In this document: one piece after another, positions 1-13,600 of the stretch
How positions within the stretch are numbered: the stretch's first letter is position 1
How the letters are laid out: every line of letters starts with the position of its first letter
Source of the DNA: Antedon mediterranea
Taxonomy: Eukaryota; Animalia; Echinodermata
Assembly: GCF_964355755.1 (NCBI RefSeq)
Contig: NC_092671.1
Coordinates: 15,624,001-15,688,000, forward strand
Length of the DNA: 64,000 nucleotides
Direction of reading: 5' to 3'
Notes under the pieces: model-generated
What the model saw: the letters and a program-made list of their open reading frames with translations, nothing else
What the model was told of the DNA's origin: nothing
The model's database searches: none
Translations under genes and position numbers: made by a program

Positions 1-1679
1 GGCGTTAGAATGATATCTACAATTTCAATTCTTATCTCAAGGAATTTTTTTAAACACGTAATTCCTTTTGATCGAATTAAAAGAGTTTCTTTGTCAAACT
101 AGTTTAATAGTGTAGTAGAGCTTTACTTCCAACGATTATCTTTAACTTGCTTCACACAGAATGATAACACTATCAACATAGTTTTGTAATAAATTCTTTA
201 TTAGAATATAAATTAAATTAAAAGCATAGACAAAAGTACAATATGCTTTTTATTTTTTCCAAGCAATAAAAAAAAATACTGTATTGTCCTTCCATTTCAA
301 ACAAAACTCAACTGGGCCTCTAATAATATAATGTTTTAGATATATTATGGGTTTAAAAAAATTATTTTGGCATATTATGATTCTTTGAAAGAACGAAACG
401 TTTTTAAAATACCAAAAAATTGCAATTTTGTTTAAAGAACAAAACGTTTCACAATGGGCCAAACAATTGCAATACTTTATTTTTTTTTTTTAATATTAAA
501 TATTTTCAGACAATATCTATAAATGTTAGTGAATGTTAGTACATTAATGTACTATGTCGTAATACTGTTGGAAACCAAGGGGGCTCTCTCTATAACAATG
601 ACGTTGCTAAACTAAGTGGGAATCACATTTACACACATTAACTTGTGTACATCGCATTTAATATTTAAACTTTATACCCTTTAATAAATAAATCTCTTTG
701 CACACTGTTTTCTATGTTGTATTGTTGTCTCTCAAAAGAGACTAACACACCCACTCACACACAACCAAACCAGAGTCAACATAAAGTTGAAAAAATACCA
801 AAAACATCGCATCCATAACACAGCCAAACCCATCACCCGCCCCCACCCTCACCCATCAACAAAAAATACATCTGAAGTAGTCATAACAAAAATGGGTATA
901 CAAATATTTATATATAACGAACCTCATAACACTACTTGAAATTCTAACATAATTCTTGCACCTATGTATCTCTCTCATCTCAAATCATTTCCATTACTCA
1001 CACTCTAAACCTCAGCTGAGTCTTAAACTCATTCTTACCTAAAATTAATTCTTACATCCAGACAGAGGGACATTTCTCACCCAAAATGATGTGTACTAAT
1101 TAGTAGTAATAACTACTTATACACTAAAAACACAAGAACTGTGTCACCCGAAATGATGTGTGCCTGCCCATGACCCAAAAGTAATCTTTTCACCCAAACA
1201 CAACCTCTTTTCTCACATCAAAATATTGACACTAGAACAACTCCAAAACCTGTTTGCCTACGCACACAGCAGAGTACTAATGAAGGCACTTAAATTGACA
1301 TTAACAATTCAATTATATCTTATTTTCACAGCAGTTATAATTTCTTTTCAATAAAAAATTCAATAAATAAAATTTCTTTACAGTGAAAATTGACACAGCA
1401 AATAGTCTCATATCTAATTTAGTAGTTGGAATTAAGACGTGCTTTAGTGTCGGTCGGTATATCATCCTAAACATAATTACTTTTTCGATTAAAGAAGAAG
1501 CCTCAATGCAAATGATTATTGCAGCGTTATTTGATGCAATTCAAATAAAAGTTTTAAAATATTAACATATATGCACATTTGACAAATACTACATTATTTT
1601 CCTTGACATCAACAAATTGTTAAAATTGTTTAGTGGCGATTTTTAAGCAGTAAATGTAAAACAACATTTGTGACCAATT

Positions 1680-4600
1680 TCAAGATGCAGAAATGCGAGA
1701 TATCGAGTCATCCTCCTCATCTTTTTGTAAAACATACCTATAAATAAAGTTAATTATGCAATCAATGTACCAAACACTCGTATTAATATCATTATTTTTA
1801 AGCCTACATTAATTGTATTTGTGCCTTCTAGTTGTATACATTTACCTCACATATTGTATTATTTTTTTTTTTAAACATTTATATTGATTGTTAACCCTAT
1901 TTCAATTTGAAGCATATTTAAGCTCTGTCTACATATCAAACTTTATGACAAAAAATGTGATGTGCCCATATATGGACACAATGTCATTTCACTACCATAT
2001 TTGGGAATATCACAACCATATTTGGGCACATCACATTTTTTTTGTCAAACTAGTTTGATACTACTGTAATATCTTCTTTGTTCTTGCTTTTGTTTGTTAT
2101 TTTTGTTATTGTTATTATATCAACTTCTTGATCTCTGCTTAAAAAGCTTTTGTTATTTTGAGTTCCTTTTTCCATAACGTTTGACGATGTTCTGTACATT
2201 ACCTTATGTTTAAGTTTTATGATGATTGATTGGTTATAAATTATTACTAGTTGATTTATTATTTACAATGACAAATCAATGTATATTTAAAGAGTAATGA
2301 ATACATACCAGTCAGAGTTTCCCGTGCTCAAGTCCATTGAATTTAGTGGTATTTCAACCTGTAAAAGCAAAATGTGTATCCACTTTACTTGAAATGCAAA
2401 TATAGGCTAAGATAACATTATCATTTGAGCCAATATTGTGACTTTCACTTCTATTCTATTTTTTTTTTACCTTGCCTAAACAAGTCGTACTAACAGACAA
2501 AAATGCAGAGTTTTTTATACAAACATCGAGATATGCGTCGGACAGGTTACTTTCACTACAGTGAAATTCAAATCTATACAAAAATCAAATATAATGTATT
2601 AAATTAAATATTAAATAATTATATTGTAATAATATGTAGAAATATGTACATTGTGCTGTATTTGAAAACAATTTGTGTACTGTTTTTTTGTTATTTTTTT
2701 ATGGATTTGTAAAAAGTTTTTAAAAAAGTATACCTTTCATTAAAAATTGGATTTCTTGTTTTCTTGATAACTTTTGTCTTATGTCGACTGCTTTTATCTG
2801 GCATTAAATATATTCGTACATATGCATTAGAAGTCCGATCTGAATTGACGCCAATAATTTGCCTGCAAATAAATCCCATTTTTATAATTTGTATGGTTAA
2901 ATTACCTGAAGTACTACTCGGTACAAGTTTTTTTTTTATAATTCAACAAAAAAATATTTACGTGGCTTTCTGTACCAACACTGTTAACTTTGACCTTGCT
3001 TTACTGTAGCTTAGGCTCAACTGCAGACGGCCATATGGGTAAAGTGCTTGCAAACTTCTGGAAGGGAATAAAAAATTGTTATAATTTATATATTTATAAA
3101 ATTAAATATAGTATATTTTGTTTACAGGTTATCAACAAACAGTAAAACATCTCATCTAAAGAGAGAGAGATTAGGACCATATTGTTTATACTATGGCTAA
3201 AACACTTTAAAGGAGGCAAAATTAAAGGTTTCAAAGTTTATATTATAGGCCTACTACAATAAACATTCATTGTATATATATCTTGTATAATCCTACCCGC
3301 CCCTAGAACACGAAATTGGGCTGACTTTAGGGGGTGGGTCTATACGCGGGGAAACCCTGGTTCAAGGAAAATACAATTGGTAAGCATTTCTTGTAAAAAC
3401 ACATCTGAACTGGCTACATCAAGACCAAAAGTCAATACCGGGACTATACTCAGAGATATGCCTGTTTGTGAAATCAGATATAAAGTAGGGGTGGGACTAG
3501 ACCTAAAAGGGATTATACCATGAATATATACAGAAGTGGTAAGTTCTCCATAAAGTATAGTACAATACTATCGTAGCATATTTTATACAATTTTAATATA
3601 AATATCGAATTAAATGCACATTTGTGAAATGATTTTCTAGCTGAAATTGTTTTAACCCTATAGGCAAACATGCAAACCATGTTAATATGAGTGTATACAA
3701 CAAAGGGTATTTCCCAAAACAGTGTTTGATACAAAACAAAGTATAAGAGTACATTATACAGACATAAAGGCTGATCCAATTCAATCGACATGCATTAGTT
3801 ATGCTAACATTTTTTTTCTCAATACAACGACCAAAACTAACCATTCAAATATGTATTCAACTTTCAAACTCCAATGAAAGAAGGTAATTATAATCGAAAA
3901 TGAAAGTTGTCATAATATGATCCCATTTGTAACAATAGAATGCTTATGTTCTACCATGGACCTATAACATAATTTTATAGGTCCACTGTTCTACCTTTCA
4001 AAAGTTCATTGTTACGAAAGTAATGATAGGCATACAGTATTGCCATGTTATATTCAACTACGGGTACTTTTTACACAAAATTTAATTGAGGAAGTTATGT
4101 AGCGCATCAATACACAATGGATATAAAAGTGACCATAATCTTACTAGGGTGGTCATCTTTTCTAGTTATGACTAAATTAAAACTCTATAAAGCTAAATAA
4201 AACTATGGGTAAACAAAATTGAATTAAGAAAGTTATTTAAAACTCTGGCATTGTTGTTGTATGTACATGAAAACAATGTAAATTCTGTGGTGATTATGCA
4301 ACATTTTAGTAACATTAGCACATGTTAAATTCTGTGACAAAATGATTTATATATCATTTATACTATAGTCTTGATAAAACATAACAATAAGATAAACATA
4401 TTGTTTATCCAACTAAGGCAATTCAGTTTCAAAAACATATTTCTATTATTTTACATAATAGAAACTAGTTGAATAAATATATAGCCCTCTGATGAGATAT
4501 CACTATATAAATGATATTATCATAGATTCCTTAGTTTTTTACACTGAGACATAGGGCCTCTCTTGTGGTTTCCAAACAAGTTATTGCACTGCTAGCCTTG

Positions 4601-7600
4601 CTAGCCCAACCAGTGAGGGACATTGTAACAAATGAATGCAGAGATAAATGACAAGGGGTTGAAATAGAGCAGACCATCGGGGTAACACCATACCTTTTCC
4701 CAAAGATGTACTCGGAAATGGATCTACATTTTTTAAGTCCTTATTCAAGAAGTTCTACCACCAGAACTACTGTCAACGAGAGCCTTAAACCTGTGCCGAT
4801 ATTATGGCTGTGGTTGGCAACGCCCCTGTCTTAACCGTTCAGTGACTCAACGATTAATATATTATGGTATACACCAATGATACATATGAAATGATAGTAT
4901 GAAAAAATCATGCATATTACATGCAAATGCAGCGGAATACACAACTTTACTAGCTAAAAAAGTTGGCATTGAGTAAAACTAACACATGTTTTGTGAATAT
5001 GAAAGGTTTCCAAATATAATTCAACATTTTAATTACCATATGACCATGAAATGATACACATTACATTGATAAAAATTAAGAAAGAATACTTACGATTGCC
5101 TAGGCACTTATTGAACGATTGCAAATACACAATTTGTAAATAAAATTTGGTATATTTATTTTTATATTACTTTATTGCAGTTGCAATTTTTAATAATTGT
5201 TTTTCTGGATCATTTGATTATATTTGGACATAAAATTATTCTTCTTTTCTTCCAATTACTATTTGAAATATTACCAAAAAACACTATGATTTTATCTTAA
5301 ATATAACATAAAGTTGATTACAAAAGTTACTTTTAGTTTGGTTGTGTATCTGTAAAATATAATCTCTCGTTTAACTTAGAATAAACGTTGGATAGAACAA
5401 CTATTATAACTTTAATAAACTAAGGAAGAATTGAACTAAGAACCAGGATGCTGCTTATTGTTATCAAAACTAAGACACTTTTCTACTACTAGTACTATGT
5501 CATACAGGATATACTAACCACAGTGCATTGAGGAAATTGCTATTAATATGATGTTAGGATATGATACAGGTACAGCAAGATCTAAAACTAAATGAAACGC
5601 TAAGATAAAGCAGTAAATGCTATACATAAAATTTATTTAGCAATCACAAGCACCTGATATTAACTTTTGAAAACGTTCTTTACTAATACTGTAATATTCA
5701 TCAATATTCCTTACAAAAACAACAACAATTGCAACAATCATATTTTATATAACAATGCTATTAAATGATACTACAAATTACTTAAGTTTACATTTTTCTA
5801 AACATCAAAATTTTACCTTTTTATTTTTTGATTGTATAGAGTATCACGGTGCTGACGTCACGACGGTAGGTGGCCCTGCATGGTTGCTAGCGCAACCAAA
5901 AATGCGTTCAACCTGCCGAGTGACTCCAAGGTCACCAATGGTTTGGAATAGGCTTATTGATGTAGTCATTTTAAAACTTAATAATTTTCAATAAAAACAA
6001 ACTAAAATTTCAAAAGATCACTAAACATTTGTTTTAAATAATCTATTTATTCTTCAACTACAGTTTAAGTTAAAAAAAATCAAGCTAAGATACATAATTT
6101 GATAGAAATACAGATCTTTACTGTTTATCAACATATAGCGTTGATGGCATTTTTTGTGACATCACACCGCGATACTCTATAATTAATTAGGATAATATTA
6201 CATCAATTAAATCAATCTATACGGTAAAGATGAGAAACTCTACCAGTAAAATCACACTACCAGTGCCCTACGACCTATTGGTAGGAAATCCAATAATATC
6301 TATCTTTGACCCATACATTGACATTTGTGCATATATAATAATAGGCCTAGCTTCTACAGTAAAATATAGTACTTTTGATACAAAGTGGCATATTGGTTTT
6401 TCGTCTCTTGCTCTGTAATTTGTAGGCTAGGGTCTTTAGTAAAAAGCTTTGTGTTTTTGTTACAACAATACATCTTTACTCTCACATACCCTGTGAATTA
6501 ATATATTCAAAAAGTGTCAAAATTTTAACACAGATATTAAGTATATTATATAAATAGAACCCTTTTTAAATAAAAATGTGTACTATAAATAAATTTAATA
6601 CAGCACTAACAGTTCTTTGGATATAATTGTTTTCATGATTTTTAGTTGCACTGGAAGAATAGCAGCAGCACTATTATATATACAATAATGAGATAACAAA
6701 TACAGGTTGTATCCTATATTGTCCAACTATGTACAGAGAAGAGTCTGCTTTCTGGTTTTGTTTTTAAAAGTGTAAAAGATACCAAAAGTTTAGTTATAAC
6801 AAACAATCTCTTCTTGTTTAATTTCTATACCATAGTTTACAAAATCAGACAACAGAGCTGTTTCAAGACCTTTTCTCTTAGAATCTTGGAGGGTTTCTTC
6901 TGATTTAAGGATTCTCCTCGTCTTTTTAACTTAATATCATCATCTATATCAAGACTTATCTCTGTTTCTCCTTCTCCGTGTTCCGAATGGACATCATCAG
7001 AAATGCAGCTTGTGAAGAAATGGTTATACTAAGCGATATCTTTAGAAAATTGTACAACTTAACATGCACAAGAAATTGGTCTCAATTAAATGTAGTGAAC
7101 TTACAGACAAAACACATATTACTAGTATCCTACTAATACTCATAGCAAAACTATAACACATACTGTACCTAACACAAAATGTTTACTAAATGATGCCAAA
7201 CAGTACAGTTCTCAAACCACAGTAGTAAGTTTACAGAAAATAAAAGGAATAATAACTTAAATGTATGTTTAAGGTATGGCACAATACAGACACATTACTT
7301 TAGTAAACAAACTAAAGATACATGATTCCAATTTAAGTACACACCTACAATTAATAAGATAAACATAAATACAAAATATTGAAAGCACTCAGAACATAGA
7401 CAATAAATAATGCAGGGAAGATGGGAATTACTAGTTAATTTAACATTTAACTAGATGAATTTAACAGTTTCGCAACGATCTAACAATCACAGAAATGATG
7501 ATAAATAATAAATGAATACAGTAACATCTAATGTTTTTGTGAAATCAATGACATGACCAAAATATACTGTAATGAAATTCAGTCAACAGAAATCTCAATA

Positions 7601-10600
7601 ATACTGTTTAACAATAATATACAGTAAAACTAAAATAAAGATTTGTTTGACAGAATCATAAATTAAATAAAAACAACTGTTCATTGCTAATATGAAAATA
7701 AAACACTTGATAAATTATCAAAATATAAAACTTCGATACTATAAAAGGGTTCGCAAAACATAATAAGAGGACTAAATATGTGTGATGAACATGGCACACT
7801 TACTTGGTAGAATCAAGATGGCGTTTTCTTAGCTCGGTATTTGCGTTATCATCGTTCATCATTAGATCTTCAATACCATTGTGATTTCCATTGAAGACAT
7901 GCTCATCAGCATCAGTTTCTAGAGTGTTGTCATTGTCATCCTCGTCATCATCTTCATCCACATTTACGCTGCTAACACTTTCACTTTTCCGTACAACCTT
8001 GGTGAAAGTCAATCAACTTTATTTTAGATCGGTATAACAAATAAAATGTCAGTCACAATGCAATAAACAAAAATTTTATTGGGAAAAAGTTATTCCGCAG
8101 AAATAGCAGGAAAAGCCTACTTAACTGTTGCTGCTGCTGTGTCATGTGTGCATAGCAAAATATACCTCATGATTTTTCACTGTTGTTAACATACAAGAGA
8201 CAGTTACCCGTCATTTCAATTGATAATTTGCTATAGCAATTTTTTCGCGATGGGTGTACGGTAAGCATGTGCCACCAAATCGTAAATCTCGCAATTGTTC
8301 AGTTGTTCCCTAATACGTTGTCAAAATATGGTTCTCGGTAAAGTTGTCCTTTAAAGGGTTCAATGATTAACGTTTAAAGGAACACGACCGAGGTGCATAT
8401 ATTTAATATATTTTACATCTAATTCAGAATTTCTTTATCAAATGTCAAATTAATAAAAGAAAATTAAAATAGTTTAAATAAAACAATTTTTGCACAAATT
8501 TATTAAATGCACTAGTATTTGGTTATTTTGATTACATTTTCTTACCATAAATGCCTTGGGATCTGAAACACTCATTTTGCTTTTCTTGGGAGCTGCTTCT
8601 AAAGCCTAATTAAAATAAAAGTAGAGAAATTCAAAATGAAATGAAGGATACAATAAACTGTTAAGCTCTGTCTACACTATCAAATTTAATGTGACAACAA
8701 ACTGTGATGTGTCCATATATGGACACGATGATGTCATATCACTACCATATTTGAGCATATCACTACCATATTTGGGTATATACACTTTTTTGGCTAACTA
8801 GTAAAAGCTTTAGAAATGTTTGCAAGGTGCTGAAACTGTGCCATAAGACAGAAGACCACATAATTTAAATTTCTTCAATGAGGAGAATTAACTGAGAGAA
8901 ATAATTCGCAAAAAAGACAGCACCAAAGGGCATGATGTTTATTATTTCAGCCCATAAGATAAAGATAACTCAAGATTTGAATATGTTACGTCACTATATA
9001 TAGTATTGATCTTTCTGAAAAACATAAGCATGGTCTCTAAGTTTTTACTTAGTACTTACTTATTACTGCTAAATTATTTAGGAAGATTATGACACTATCG
9101 TGCAAACCAACCAACAACAACAAAAAAAACAAATTTTTAAAAAAACAAGAAAACAAAGAAAGTACTATAAATTTTTCCAAGTAACAAACATCTTTCTCAT
9201 TGAATAGAATATGCTAGCAAAGCTACTCCCAGCAACTATAACATCCACTCATTGCCAGACAAAACTTGCACACGTACGTATTTAATTACTGGTTCATCGT
9301 AAAGAATTGTATACAAATAACATCTTTATCTTTTTATGTTCATTACTTACTCTGACACAAAGTCTTATAAACAACCTGCTTTGTGGACCGGAGTGATCTA
9401 CATTAAAAGGCTGCTCTAGGACAAAATCTGGCTGAGACAAAACACGGCGCAAGGGAATATTCAACACACCAACAGACTTGTCTTTCTTACTGTCTTTTAT
9501 CTGGTAAATAAATATAAGTATATAACAAAACCGAAAAAGATTAATAAATGATGAAAAAACCTTTTTTGAAAATGAAAAAGTTAAAGAAATTCTTTAACAA
9601 TTTGAAAATGAAATTAGACATTTTTGGGAATAACACATTGATTTTATAGATTCTTACCGTTACATCAAGTGATTGGACATTTGGATCTTGCACAAGAAAA
9701 TGGAACACTTGTTCCCAAACAGGACTGCTGTTATCAACGATTATCTGAAATAGAAGAATGTGTAAAATGTAATGAGAAAAATGGAATACAATTTAAATTT
9801 TATCGAGGTTTTTTTATTGCACACTTGACAGACGATAGTAAAGATAATGCATGCTAAAAAATACTACTATCTGGTATGGTAGTTTCTAAATCTACACCAG
9901 ATTTTGAAATTGGAGCAGCTGCGGCCATTGTATCGATGCAGATTTTATCAAAAAGGTTGTGAACATGTAACATGCTTAGTAAAATCACAAAAAGATTCTA
10001 GCATAGTTGTAACAAAAGTTTGCAGAAAATAATTTGGCTTTTTATGAAGACTAATAACTATTTAAGAATTTTACCTTTTGATAAATAAGAAGTTTTTAAA
10101 AAAAGTTTTTAAATATTTATATAATATCAAAAAGAACTTACACGACTTTTGTGTTCCACATGACCTAAGGACAGAAGACAGTATGGACTAGGCAAACTAG
10201 ATGATTTCTTGGACGTCTATGCGAGAATATAAAAACATTATTACATTTTGAGTAGTGTTATGAATGTACAGTACTGGTACATGCTAGCACATTGACTTTG
10301 CGCCAACCACTCGCAGAATAATGAATCATACAGTACATCATTATCATACTTACAGGTAAATCTTTGGCCGAGTCAAGACGAACAATTAAAATTGCTGATG
10401 ACACAAGTTCACCCATTGTGGACTCAATATGACGACACTGAGCAAGTTGCTAAAAAATATGTATGAATATAACATGAGTGAAATAAACAATTAAATTTAT
10501 ACATTTTAATTAATATGCAACATGTATATGATTATGATAGTGTATACACATCTATTTACAGTCACTAAAACATAACATTAAACATTATTTATTAATAAAC

Positions 10601-13600
10601 TGCTTTTAGTATATGAACTTGTTGATATATATATTGAAATTCATTTTCTAAAGAAAAGAAATTATCTGCGCTTTTGAGTACAATAATATTAGATGGATCA
10701 AAGGGCGAGAGTGGTACGAGATCTAAAATCTTGTCCACTCCCAATATGCAAACTACTATTTCCATAGATTTTAGCAAGAGACTTAAGGCCAATTTACACA
10801 GACAAGCGGTAATGGTAATAAAATATACAATCTATGTTATTCCTTATGACCATTTAAACACAACGCGGAGCGGACGGTAGAAACAGATTCTATGGACAAG
10901 CTACACAGTTTTCCGCTTACCACTCGTCTGTGTAAATTGGCCTTTAATTTGATAGGTTTGATGTAATGCTATAATTTATTAATAAGTAATAAACACATAT
11001 TTAAGTAATGTATGTTATTTTCTTGGGCAATCCAACACTTACAGCCTCAGCTATGGTGTGGAATTTGACAATTTTAAACCGTAAATAAAATATAAATATG
11101 TTAAATAAACAAATGTGCGATTCTGCTTTTAGTACTTACAACATTTAGGTCGTTCATTGTATGACTCAAACTAAGCCATGTTAAGTTTATGTGTAGTTCA
11201 CCATTTGTAGCATCTTCTAAAGGTAACCACTGTAATAAAAACATGAATATGTCAAAGCTAACAGTGCTGTGAACTTGTCATGTTAAGTGTTATTATGTTA
11301 TATTAATTATTCTTATATATTATTATTATTATCAAGCAATTCTCATTCTCACAGATTTCCTCATCTTTATCGTTTCAAATTAATTAATTAAATTTCAGTA
11401 TTTCACCGGGCGGTTTAGAATTAATGTTCTTTGCCTGATTTGTTTATACATATATATATAAACAAATAAGGCAAAGAACATTAATTCTAAACCGCCCGAT
11501 GAAATACTGAAATTTAATTAATTAATTTGAAACAATAAAGATGAGGAAATCTGTGAGAATGAGAAAAAGTCGCCCCAACCGAGACTCGAACTCGGACCGC
11601 CTGCTTGATATGCAGATGTCCTAACCATTAGACCACTGGGGCTTTCATGATATTGTTCGAACTCGATTGGATATCGACTCTTTAACATTCTCGGCGTGGT
11701 ACGGCAGAACTGCACTAGTCCTCAGTTGTACGCACGCGCAACAGAGATCAAATTGATACGCCCTCATCTTTCAGTATTTTTATTCTCGAGGCGGGATCTC
11801 CGAAGAGATACTTTTATATATTATAAACACAGCAGGCAAAGAACATTATTATTATAATATTATTATTATATACATATACATATATATATATAAACAAATC
11901 AGGCAAAGAACAGTAATTCTAAACCGCCCGGAGATATACCGAAATTTAATTAATTAATTTGAAACGATAAAGATGAGGAAATCTGTGAGAATGAGAAAAA
12001 GTCGCCCCAACCGAGACTCGAACTCAGACCGTCTATATATATACAAACAAATGTATCATTTCTTTAGTCCGATTTTTAATATGCGGCTAAAATTTTTATC
12101 GCCACAATGTAAGTGTCAAGTTTTTTGTTTGTTACAAAATGGAGGTTGTGCTGAATTTTTCCGGATCATCAGCACAATTTTAACCTTCCAAAAACAAAAT
12201 TACAATGCAATTTCCAGGGATGTGGGCGCCATTACATTCCTAAAATTAGTCCCGGGAAGAAGATTTTAGGCCGCAAAATAAAAAGTTTGCGGAACGCTGC
12301 TTTAGTCAACTTGAATTTACAATACAGAATGTGATATAAATTCTGAAAAAACTGCAAAAGCATTTCCTAAATAAATACAGCAATATATATAGCATTGTAC
12401 TCACTGAATCCAGGCTTCCAGCTTGTGAAATATGATCAATGTCAAGACTTAGGCTAAAAATTAAAAACAAAACAATTATTAAATAAAACATTTATGTTCA
12501 TTGTTACCATATGAATTTGATTCCAAATTTCAATGAAAATATAACAATTTAGTATTGTGATGATGTTTTTTCTTGAGATGAATGACTAGTACAAAATTGT
12601 TTTTTTTGAGATGAGGCAACTGGTGTCACACCATCTAACAAAACAATTAGTGAGTTGATGTTTTCCTTGATATGAGATGACTGGTGCATCAAACAAATTG
12701 TTATGTAATACTGTAGTCAATTCTCAAAAATAAATTATAGAAATGCATGTTTCATATGCATTCCCCTTATCCCCCAGCTATATCTATTTTTGTCTCTTAT
12801 TACACTTTCCACAACAACCTTGCTTCTCCTACACCTTATACTGTTCCCTTCCACTACCTACACACCTTACACTCTGGTGCAAATGAATCAAACAAAAAAA
12901 GTGGTATTAAATATTAGTTTACCTATTGTTCGTAAATATAAATAATTGTGCAAAAACATATGAAATAATACTCATAAACTGATGGTCGATAGATAAATAA
13001 AACAACATAATACAAAAACAAATATGATCACAATTGAAAAATTGAATGTTCAAATGATTCCTCCTCATCTCTATGATGTCAACTACACACACATGGGTTA
13101 CCAATGATATAGAAATATGTGGTGAGCAACAGTGCTGCCATGATAATGTTGGGCTAGAGGCTCAGTTGTATTGTTGGTGCAGAGTGGTGCAAGTAGATAT
13201 AATTTCTATTACAGATGAAATATATTGATTATAATATGTTTAAATAGATATATATATATAATATATATAAAATATATAATTCCTTTAATATATAAATAAA
13301 TGCTTGTTAGAATAGTATAGTATATAGTATAGTAGTCAAATTTAATAATATGACGACCTATACACATATATACGTGCTTTTGAGATAGGTAGGTTTAGTT
13401 TTATAATCTCGACTACCATTTTATATTTCTGCTAAAAATACCATTACGTCCACCAGTACTGCTGCAACTCCTAGGCAACCACCCTTAATTGTGCAGATTC
13501 ATTACACCCCCAACAAAGTACAACATTAGGTTTCAATTACCTATTATGATTTGTTCTGCTTTAAATGACACAAAAAGGAAAACTGGGAGTCAAAAATTAT

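Noticed and set aside
4690-4830. GC-richer segment in the last large E-Syt intron as another exon
   Set aside because: No convincing acceptor-donor pair in phase; looks like a repeat fragment
9060-9068. tttag|CAGTAATAA|gtaagt possible stop-containing microexon
   Set aside because: Weak polypyrimidine tract; indistinguishable from chance in AT-rich DNA
11043-11050. ccatag|CTGAGGCT|gtaagt microexon-like pattern
   Set aside because: 8 nt would frameshift between two phase-0 exons
13025-13104. VCVVDIIEMRRNHLNIQFFNCD, vaguely similar to C2A exon B (possible third variant)
   Set aside because: No in-phase acceptor or donor and no DD-LG end; chance or a fully decayed copy
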